The position numbers were made by a program, and so were the translations under genes. A stretch of 64,000 nucleotides of DNA from NCBI RefSeq assembly GCF_037042905.1, contig NC_087251.1, positions 5,334,001-5,398,000 on the forward strand, in the 5' to 3' direction. Under the pieces are notes generated by a model. It was given only the letters and a program-made list of their open reading frames with translations. It ran no database searches and had not been told where the DNA came from. Origin of the DNA: Lytechinus pictus (Eukaryota). The first letter of the stretch is position 1. Every line of letters starts with the position of its first letter. Positions 44,001-56,000 of the stretch are shown in pieces.

Positions 44001-47000
44001 CTCTGCTGCATAGCCAGACATGCAAATGAAATTCTCACTCTACGTCAAGAAATAATATACTCAAGAAATATTTGACCTCCATCTTTTTTTTTACCTTTAC
44101 ACAAATGTGCTATTTATAATGTTAGATTTTCTTTGTATATACCTGGCGTAATTTCCTTCGGCAAGAAACTGATCCACAATGTGCTGCACTCAACCCAGGT
44201 GAGGTAAATGGGTACCGGTAGGAAGTAATTCCTTAAAAAGCTGTGTGCGCTATGAACGCCTATAGCTTAGCCGGGTAATATAGGAGCGCCTTGAGCACCT
44301 AACAAGGTGGATATGTGCGCAATATAAATACCCTATATTATTATTATTTATGTTTGTTGTAATTGTATGTGATTTTTCTATGTAACTTTTTAATGTTATC
44401 ACTCAATGGCCTTATAGGCCGGCCGTCGGCTGACGGGTGTGATTTTTAATAAAGAATAAACTACTACTATTACTATCAGCTGATCTGAATTACATGTCTT
44501 CTAAAATAATGAAAGAAGTTATATAATTAGTGCCTTTGAGAAAACCATAGTAATAATAGTCCATATCAAAGGACAGTCCAATTTGCAAGGTTTTGTGTGT
44601 TGCGTATTTAGATAACTCCCTTTTTAGTTTTAACCTTGAAGGTACTGTCAGAATCAGTTGAGACAACCAACATAACACGATTACTGATAAAATTATTTTT
44701 TTTCTATCTAATATCGTACTAGGAAACATATTTAACAGAAAGGTTTGGTTTATCAGGCTTAAACTCATATTTTGAAATAAAACGGGCTTTAACAATTTTT
44801 GTTGTCTATAACAGTTGAATAATGAAAATAAAACTACCGCAATCTGATAGATAACATGAAACAGCTTGCTACTTCAATCATCATGTGTACTTTATAAGTA
44901 TGTTTATAATGATAGTACAACATGCAGTTGTACCGGTTCCAAGCTGTCCTCGTCCTCCCCTCCTATTCAACTCCGCAACCATTGAATTACCATCCCAAAG
45001 TATTGCAGCAGGATGAACGGCCTAGCCCACCTGATTTAACCTTTCTATTCATGACAACAAAGTACAGTAACCAGCTTTGATACGGATGTTGAAAAGAGAA
45101 AGCTGAGGGCATAATATGAAGGGGATTTTGTTCCTATGAAACTATTTTGTATATATATTTTACTGGTATAAGCCCCTACTGTTACTGTGCGCTGAGTTAC
45201 TCCGTTATCAGATTATATCTTGAAATACTAGAAATATGGTAACACTCACATGTCACTTATAAATGTCATTTGGTTGGTTTCCAAAGACGTTGTAACAATT
45301 TTTATATCATCTCGATTATTTTTGGAAGTTATTATCATTTTTGTCGTAATGTTTACAGTCTATGCTAGATATTACTTAAAACACAAAATGTTAACAAATA
45401 TTTACTATGCGTGATGCATGTATGTTCAAGTATACTGAGTTACGGCATGATTCTGAAACAATCGCAATTTTGTAGTATGCATATATCAATTAACGGCATT
45501 AACGTTACCCCGTTTAAAGTACATTAGTTCATAATCGAATTATAAAATACAATCATTCCAATCGTCATCATCTCCGCCATCGTCATCTCCTATACTCATC
45601 CGTTTTATCGACACGCCGAATGCATCTCCGATCTGGACACGTTGATTGCGATAACAAGACAAGATGAAGCACGCACAGGGTTGCCAACATATCCACGATC
45701 GATAGATATCGGGCCTCCAGCGATATGTAGCAGGTGAAATGAGAGATTGCCAACGAAATAATACCCTGCACAGTATCGATTTGAGACAAAGATACCGACA
45801 TTCGATATCGTCACAAACCGGGGGTTAACGTTCGCCTCAAATGAACCAATTACTCTGAAGTTGTATCTAGAAGAAAAATAAATACCCCATTGTAATTACT
45901 TTCTCGCTACAATTTCTCTATCAAATACAAAAGACGTGTTATGAAATTGAATATGACTGAGCCCACCGTCTATGTATCAAGGGTCAACTTCTTTCAACTT
46001 CGGACGTACGCCTATAGCAGCACTAAATATACTGGTATCTTTGATGAACGGTTGGAACTAAGTGGCCGGTCACTACATCGAGATACTCTTTGCCCTTGGG
46101 GTGTTATAAGAGGTTTCAACTCTGAAATGTACACTTTCAACAAAGTTTTAAGTGACGAAAGACCAGTGTGATATATAAATAGATAGATAGATAAATAGAT
46201 AGATAAAGGGTTGGAAGCGATTAAAAAGATGGAGGACGGGGATGGGGAGAAGGAATCTCATAAAAATGGAAGCGAGAGTATCGAAGCCATTACAGGTAGA
46301 CAGAGAGTGAAAAAAAAAGGATTAAATGAGAGAAACTGAAGAGAGAGATAGATAGATAAAAACTAAGAGAGAAAAATAAAGAAAAAAAAAACATTTCAAA
46401 TTTACTACCGAGACATTGCCGCTATTATCGAATGGTTTTAAACTCCAAAGTAATTTATGAAAGACAGAATAATGGTAGGATAGGAGAAGAGGCTGGAAGA
46501 GACAGAGACAGCCAGAGAGAGAGAGAGAGAGAGAGGGGGGGGAGAATGGGGAATGGGGGGGGGGGGAGAGAAACATAATCTATTCTTTGGAATGACTAGT
46601 TTTATATTTATAGATAAAGAAAATTGATGAACGCAAAGCTCATGATAAAATATCATTGCTCTCAGCATTCTTATCCGATTTGTCATCAATTTTGAAAGCA
46701 CCCCTGGAGGACAATACAAAATATAATGTAGCAAGAAGACAGACAATTATTGTTATTGCTTCCCTGAAGCAAGATGCGTTGGAATTAAATATGTTACCAA
46801 TATGTAGTTTAAATGAAATGAAACAACATTTTGTCTCTTTTTGCTCACAACTCAGAGGAAGTGTAAGTCACATTGTCAACAAGTATCGTTAAGCCCCTTG
46901 ATAAGTAGGTCAAGAAACCCGTCAGGTTTATACGGTAAGCTTTCACTTTTATCTCATGTTCGTAGATGATGTTAACATCTTAGTCAGATTGACATGCAAT

Positions 47001-50000
47001 GGGTCCTTAACACGAGGGGGTATTCGAGTCTCCTATAAAGCCCGGTGGCTCTGGGTCAAGTGGAGTTTAGAAGGGGCATTCAAATAGAGCAGTGTGTTTT
47101 GTTTAAGGCATGACGTAATCAGACGAATCCATTTGAGTCGTTGTTATTCGCAACCTTGTGAAGTATGTTGGCAAAGGCAAAGTGTTGGAAGCAATGTTAA
47201 GTATCATGAAAAAAATCTCGAATGTGAAACCCTTGTCCCCCATCCCAATCCACTTTATTTGCTCTACTTCTTCAGTAATTTAATTGAATTAAATGAATTA
47301 TGCGTGTTTACATGCAAGCGTTCCTTGTATACAGCGACAAAGTAGAAAATAACTATATTATTAAAAGGGAGTGACGAAATATTTTTGCACAAAACAATTG
47401 AGAAAAGTATTCAAACTAGACAAATGAAGATCACATTACACTTTTACACTGTAATTATGTGTCCAATCAATTCGGGGCAGCATTTTACCATATGCGGGAA
47501 GCATATTATCCAGTAAGGTACTAAAATATAAAGCAGCAATTACTTTAGAATGGGCAAAATTTTCATCACACTGGATAAATAAAAATTCCCCAAAGAAATG
47601 CCCAATGTTGGTTGGACACATAATTACCCTCATGGAGCACTTTTACCCAATATTTTTGTACGGATGTCGGTGGTTGGAATAAAAACAAATTCAGAGCCAG
47701 CATGTTCAAATCCTGCTGATGTAAGTAATGATAAGGATTGTAACTTTGGACATTGCATCTGAAGATGTCAAGAGCAAACGCCAGAGAGACGTAACTCAGG
47801 AATGGAATCAGAAGTCGGTCCAGGGGAGAATCCTTGCACCTTATACTATCCGTCATAGTGGACTTCAATTATCACTGGTTGTTGAAAGTGGATCACGAAA
47901 GTTAATGTAACTCTTAATCCACTTCGTCTTTTTCAATTACTTTAACGAGAATACATCGGACCGAGAGATGGTCGCGTGAAACTCAATTACTCTTCAGCTG
48001 TCGTAATATGGGTCGTAAGTCCCCACCAGTGTTGTGCTTTCATCCCGGCTATAACATTCCTTTTTATGTCGACTTAAAACGGATTCATATGGGTAACCTG
48101 CTCATCGTTCAGATTTCTTAATAGTGACTTTAATTAAAGTCTATGTAGATCAGCTTATATTTATGAAGATATGTAACGGAATCCTTTACAGATGGCTCTG
48201 GTAAAGATTACAGTGGATTTCAATTCGACTGAAAGGTGCGAAAGGGTCAAGGGTAAAAAAAACTCAATCGAAGTAGATATCATAAAAATGAACCATAGAA
48301 AATAAATATTGTCTTGATTAACATGGTTAGGCGCATTTGATACTACGAAATCGGTATTTGAGGCTATTTTACGATTTTGCAGTACCAATTTAAAATCCGA
48401 TTTAATTGCCAACTCATCCTCCGAATTCAGATTGATTTTTTAAAGAAACAGATAAATGGCATTAAGATTTTGATGAAAGAATACAAAGAGTTAATTTATT
48501 CATACAACAATTTTTGCATGGGGTTTGAAATCATGATAACCTGTATTTTTGCATAATATAAGATATAAGCAATTTCAGTATATGTAATTTTGGTAATATA
48601 GATAAGCCCCCTTTTTTTTATTTCATGATTTGAAATTTAGATTCAATCAGATCATTTTATTGAAGGAAATGTTTCAAATATTATATAATTGATATACGAT
48701 AAATAAACATTGTCATCAGCCCAAGTAGGCCTACAAACATGACAAATCGTGTATACCTTCATGAATATTCGTTCATGCAACAATGCACATCTTCACATCA
48801 GTGGCTTTCAAATTTTGAATCCGATTTTGATGAATTTTTTTAATTTTTAATTTTTTAATTTTTAATTCCGTGATCGTTGGGTTGATTTAATTGCAATTAA
48901 TCTATCAAAATAGTGAATGAATATTTGCATTACTTTATATGATTGTTTGATCAATATTGATGTATAAAATATTCATTTTTCAGTTCTTTATTATGTAACC
49001 ATTTATTTTGTTTGTACTTTGTTCTCCTTTGACTGAATTGAATAAATTCAATTCAATTCAATTCATTTAAAATAAACAGAAAAAAGAGAGAGAGAGTGAA
49101 GTGGCAGGATAGGGAGGCGATATGTAAGAAAAGATAAATGATGTAGAATTATTGAGACGATATAATATCAACGAAATTAATCAAAATAATTCATAAGTAC
49201 TCTTCTTGAAGTTGTTAAACATTGTGAGAAAAGTATAAATGCCACATAACATAAATCAAGTAGAATGGTGATACTGAGAGAGATGCAACGCTTGTGGCTC
49301 TAACTATAGTTAAATGTCGCACGTAAAACAGACTAGGGGGCAGCGCTTCTAATTCAATTGTATTTTGACATGAGTGGTCACATTGCATTTTTTTTTCAAC
49401 GTGCAGAGAAATTTCCCCAACCTCCTAAATGCCAAGCATTTTGCCGAAATAAGAAAAAAAAAATACCATCATGCAGTTTGTCTTTACGGAAAGCAATGAG
49501 AACAACGAACTTCATGACTGCCCATTGAAAAGCGGGTGTATAAAGACACACGTAAACAATTAAAGTTCAAAATATGAAAGGAACTAAGAAACGAAACACG
49601 TCACGCCAATTAACAAATCTATTTTAGATTGAAATCATAAAAACAAAACACTGCACAAAATCGAACTTTGGGCAATCGTTTTATCATGATTATTTAAGGT
49701 AAAACGCTTGTTTTTCATTTAATCCTTGAGTAGCATACCAACGTTTGTCCACAGATGTTTCTACCCACCTGGCCCAGCCCAATATTAACCCCTCTCTTAT
49801 ACCAATATTTGTTTTCGTACCTTTCTGATTATTTGACACAATTTCCTTGTGGTCCAATCCGTGACATTCGAAAGTCTGTACCACTCACCTACTCCTAATT
49901 TTCAGCAAGTGACGTAAATAAATTATTCAGGAAGAGGTGGAGGTGTACGCCGCAGAACAAATACCAGTGGCTCTCGATGTTAATACCCCCTGCATCCCAC

Positions 50001-53000
50001 TACCACTCCTACTTCTTACCCTCCTCATGTACCTCCGCTCCTATGTGTCAGTTGGCTTAAGGCTTGTTTCACACTGCTGCCATGGGTTTCATAAACGCTG
50101 ATCAAAATATTTTAAATTAATTTTATGAAAATGCCAGGCCATCTTTACTTGATATATTGATTTTAACACAACCTAATATTCAAATAATCGATCACCATGT
50201 ATAGAGAAGACATTTCAATTACATTAATCACTTAAGGCAGTGTTAACAAATCCTGAGGCATGACATCACTTTTGTTGTTTGCATAGATGCGCTAGCATGT
50301 GACTTTGGCTTATCGTAGCGCTCAAACCGCTAGTCATGTCGATAAGCTGTAAGTGACGAGGAATCTAAAGTCGTAATTTCGTGTACCATTGATTTTTGCT
50401 AATGTCTTTTAGTATTGATGTACCGAAATCGTGTCTTGTCAGTTCGCTATCGTATTAATGAACAGGCCTGCGTTGCTTTTTCGTGTTTTAAACATAAAAT
50501 AATAAAAGACCCAAATCGTAACGTTCTAACGCGATGTGACATATGCACATTTATCGAAACGCTGATACCGAGATATCATTGATTTATTTAATTTTATACT
50601 TGCTGAATTGTTATTATTTTTTTTTGGGGGGGGATAATAATGACAATTTTTTCTGTGTCGTTTTCTTCGAATCAGGATTTTCATATTGCACCATTGGTAC
50701 TTATAATTATATTACAGATGTTATCCAATAAGAACCATCGCAATCTATTATTTTATATCCAATATGAAAATAGGGGAAAAAACTTATTAGTACGATTGTT
50801 GAATTTAATTGTATGAATGTGCAAAATTGCAACCTCAGCGCTATGTTCATACATGTCAGAATTACATTGCAAACATACAACGTGAAAAAGTAAGTGACAG
50901 AAATTGTTTCATCAGAAGTAATAACAAAATATTTTTCCAAAGCTTGTTTTCCTAATATTCCAAGAACCAATTATGTCTTTCCTCCCTAATCGAACTCTGA
51001 AAAGAGCAATGTTAAGCATTTGCTAAATAAATTTTGGATAACCATAAAATACAAACGTATCATAGAAATGCATTCTTTCTTCAAGATGTGGATTAAAGGA
51101 CAAGTCCACCCCCAAAAAAATTTGTTTTTGAATATATAGAGAAAAATCAAAATAGCAGAATGCTGAAAATTTCATCAAAATCGGATGTAAAATAAGAAAG
51201 ATATGACATTTAAAGTTTCGCTTATTTTTTCACAAAACAGTGATATGCACAACTCAGTGACATGCAAATGAGACAGACGATGATGTCCATCACTCACTAT
51301 TTCTTCTGTTTTTAATGTTTTGAATTATACAATATTTCAGTTTTTTACAGATTTGACAATAAGGACCAAGTTGACTGAACCTTATAGTATTAAACAATGC
51401 TAATTCCACATGTACAGGGAAAAATTAATCGTTATTTCACTTGGCAATGAGGAGAACATTAGAATATTTCACATTTCATATAATAAGATACAAAAGAAAT
51501 AGTGAATGGATGACATCATCAGTCTCCTCATTTGCATATCTACCAGGATGTGCATATAACTGTTAAAAATGTCATAACTTTCTTATTTTACATCCGATTT
51601 TGATGAAATTTTAAGTGTTGTGCTTGTTGGATTTTTTCTCTTTATTCAAATCAACTTTTTGTTGGTGTAGATTTGTCCTTTAATGATGGTAAATATAAAC
51701 GGTTATCTTAATCTAATTCATCATTTTAAGTAGATGGACTCGAAAAGATTTATTGATTTCTTCTCCCCTTTGAGTTAAGGCTTTGGCATTACCGTCAGTG
51801 TATCTTCTTTTGATTATCATTATGCTAGATCAATATACTGTCTTCATCGTCCAACCTTCATACCATGTTAATCATATTTCATCCTCAATCGAATGCACTA
51901 TCTTTACAATCATCATACATGGTATGGCCTGAGGATATTGAGGGCGGAGATGATATCCTTGGGAGGTCTTTTTTTAAAGAGAACCAAAAATAACATTAAT
52001 ATCCAAGACATGAACACCAACAATGACATAGTCATGTTGACAAGGCATACAAGGCTCGTGTTGTGATGTTTCTTTGACAGGGTAGACGTGAAATGTCAAA
52101 ATGCCAATATGTGTTACCTAGGGCAAGTTCATGCCCAAAGTACGAAGAAACTGGGGACAATAAGTGACGATAAACTCATATATGAAAAAACCTTGTCATA
52201 TTAAACGAACTGTAAATACTTTGGAAGAATAAGTCATCCTTAGTGTGTCTCTGATGGAGCAGATGCTGACCAAGTGAGCCATCGAATTCAAAGACACGGA
52301 ACTCAATTCGTAGGGGAATACAACGAACCGACAGGAAAAATGTTCAAGGATTATTCATCAGTGTTTAATTAAAAAAACCACACCATCATGTATAAGACAG
52401 AATGTGTCATTCTGATCTAGATTAGACAAGATCACATTTTCCAGGACACAATGAGATTTCTACATGATGGATGGCGGGTAATCGTTATACACGTAACAAA
52501 ATATGCTTGATATTAAAAGATTTCCATCTTATCACGGCTTCTAATCTGATTTGTCAGCTAGAACTTTCATTTTCGTTTGATCGAGATGAGAATATAGGTC
52601 TAGAGTCTAGACCATGTATGGGGAGTTGTGGTTCAAGCAAGTGACATGGTGGTTTATATAAAGCATCAATATACATGTGAAGCTTCTATTCAGCATTAGC
52701 AAGTATCACATTGACATTTCAGTAGCCATAGTAATGAGTTCAGTAAAACTCATCTATGGAAAAAAAATCGAAATAATTTCATTGTTCGAAACAGAGATCA
52801 GAAACAGAAATCCTCCGAAAATTTGTTTTGCCAAAATAACCATGGGCCCGGCAGCTACTGTGCTGCGCTATCCACTAGTGTAATATTTTTTTCTACAGCA
52901 AATTTGCAAAGTGTCCTTTGTAAACAAAGAGAAGCAAAATGAATTTTCAAGAAAACAATGAAGGCATGAATATACATCATAGTTAGAAAATATTTTGAAC

Positions 53001-56000
53001 AAACATGCATAGTGGATGTTGACGTTGCTGGCCGTCCATAGTTCCTGTTGCAGAAAGAGTTGTATTTAAAAGCAAGTCAAAATATCAAGCGCAAGTCCCG
53101 AATACGGGTGCTTCATTGGCTGAAAATCAAGTTGCGCAAGATTTTTTTAGTTGCGTTTGATCGCAACTCTTTCTGCAACGGGCCCCAGCAGATCAATCGC
53201 AACTCGTTGTAAGACAGGACCTAGATCGAACTGGGTAACAGCAACTCCCATTCTCTTAACGTCTTTTGGTCTGACGTTTTAGCATTAGCGTAAAGTCAGG
53301 TACACATGCCATTTTTTATTGTTGGAAATGATAGTTGGGAGAAGCTGATTCGAAATCAGGTTGATGCCACTTTGGTACCTTGAGTTTAAAAAATATCACT
53401 TTTAAGCCACGCCCACTTTTGAAGCTAATTATTACATGGAGAAACGTACATTTGCAGTAACGTTCTACTGGACTAAATATTGGTAAATCTATAAAGGAAT
53501 AGCATGAATATTTTCATGGACTTGTGGTGTGCATCTGAAATCCTTCTGCGTGTGAAAGTGACAAACTAAATGAAAGATCTGTGGAGGCCCTGGATCATCG
53601 TCGTTTGGAGGGTGGTGTAAGGTTCAAGACGGCATCATAGGCGTCTGAAGAAAGAAACACATGACGCACACTCACACACAAATACGCTATCGATATATTC
53701 ATTCTGAACATGTTTTATACTAATAACCAGTAACGGCACAAAACGATGTCCTGTACTGTTACCCTAAGAAGATAAAGAAGAACAACTGATGTTGGAATAT
53801 TGAAATCAGAAACCTATCGGGAACACTATAAAGTGCAGCATGTTAATATTATACAGAACAAAAAAGAAAAGTAAGTTAACATGGGAATGGGAAATTCTCG
53901 GAAATAACAGTTTATATAGCTAGGATGATTCGTAAAAACCCCTATTTATGCATGACCAAGGATTCTCCCATGACGTGACTTAACGAAAATACCGTTTAGG
54001 CTAAAATGATTCCGATAAAGTGGAGGTGGGATGGAAGAGGCGGATGGAATTGGCCGACGAACGAAAGATGCGTCGTGTCGACCGAATGAACAGAATTTCT
54101 GACTGAAAGACATGTTGAGCTGCGTATTGGAAACATGTCAAGCGCTTTTCAGGAATCAACAGCAGCTGCTAGAATAAGAACCTTTAGGATCATCCAGAAG
54201 AAAGAACTGTGTGTCTCCAATGAATGAGTTCATGATAAGTTTGATTTCATTTCCAGCGGAACACTTGCAGTGAATTCGACTGAAATCCAAAATACAAATA
54301 TGTATGAAAAGATCTGTTTGACTTGAATTACACACAAGGAAGTGCTTTACGAAACTAAGTTATAATAGTTTTGCAATTCTCATTCACAAAATTTGTAATC
54401 GAATAATCATTTTCAAAACAATTCATTATTTTCTGAGGCTAATGCCATTATGCAATCTATATCCAGAGTCAAGATTGATTTGGAATTGCATATGGAAATA
54501 AATCGACTTAATATTTGTCGCAACACCTCTTGCATGCCTGGTTATCAGTAACGTGTAATCAGAATCAAACTAATAAAAGCATAATGCGAAATAAAGAAAA
54601 TACCATTTATAGTAAAATCATAGTTGGTTTATTAATTAATTTGTTAATTTCCTTATAAATGTGATGCGTTTCTTTTAAGTTTGATTTGATAATTTTTTTT
54701 TTATTGCCACAGAAAATTGTGTTTTTTACATCCATCAACACTATTGTTCAACACAAAACCTGATATCAGTGTGTAACAATATTAGCTTACAATTTAGAAT
54801 TTACGTTTACTAAAATTCTCATCGGAAATGCCTGTATTTATTACGTAATTTCTTGACCTTTGCTAAATATAAGGACATAAACAGAAGATGACCTGACGAT
54901 TGTCAACAAGAGTAATGTGTTTATATACAGTGCGATCAAACATTAGTATAAGCATGGATAGCTCCATGGTATAAGAGTATAAGGGGCGTGGATTTTATAC
55001 CGTCACCTAAAACAATGCCATGGTGAATGCGGTTGACGAATTGATCTGTTTGGAGGAGAAAATCTTAAAGGGAAATAGACTTGGATAATAATAGAGTAGT
55101 GGATGCCTTCATTGGCTTGTAATATAAATATTTTATATGCATTTTATAAAAGAATGTATTTTAGGAAAAGGTGATTTGGTTGTAATATTTTGAAACATTT
55201 TGTGAGAACTCATTCAATTAGAATTCGCAAAGGATTTTGCAATACTGACATTAGTCTGTAGAAACAGACCCTTTGTTTTCGCAATTCGCAAAGTGCATGG
55301 TATAGAGTCTGAAGAAGTGAGACTTTATTCACTATGTTCTGTGGCTAACTCTACTGACACAGACAGAGCCTTTGGTGTCTAGTCTCTAGACACGGTATGA
55401 TAATTGGTTAAAGTGTCAAATATGAGTGCTTGCAGATTAGATTGAGATCGATTGATGGTCAAGATGAAAGTAAGAGGAAATACTTTGACTGTTAAGATAT
55501 ATCATTCAATTTCAAAGCCCCCCCCTAAAAAATAGATACCTAGATAAATAAATTAAAACCTGGAACAAGGAAACAGAGCTCTCAACGTAAGAGCATACTA
55601 TTTATTCGACCCATGCACATAGGTGGTATTTATGGAGATCATCAGATTAATTACCTTTTAATATGATGTATTTTCACTCCAAATTGAAATATCAACGCAC
55701 ATTTTTGTATTTTAATATAAAACTAATAATTAGTTAACCCTTTGTGCGCTGATGTTGCAATCTTGCACATTTGTCGTACAATTAACTTCAACAATCGCAG
55801 TAATTAGTTTTTTCTCCTAGCTTTAAATTAGATAAGCTAATAAAAGGCAATAGTTCTTGGATAACATCTATTTAATAATAAGTATCAATGGTGCAATATT
55901 GAAAACTTGAAATGAAGAAGATTACATGGAAACAATTTTCATTATTATCCCGCCAAAAAAATGTATTCAGCATGCAACAAGTTAAAGAATTGACCCTACC

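Noticed and set aside
53560..53644. Strong minus-strand acceptor (TTTCTTTCTTCAG) followed by GC-richer sequence
   Set aside because: All three frames hit a stop within about 50 nt and there is no donor.
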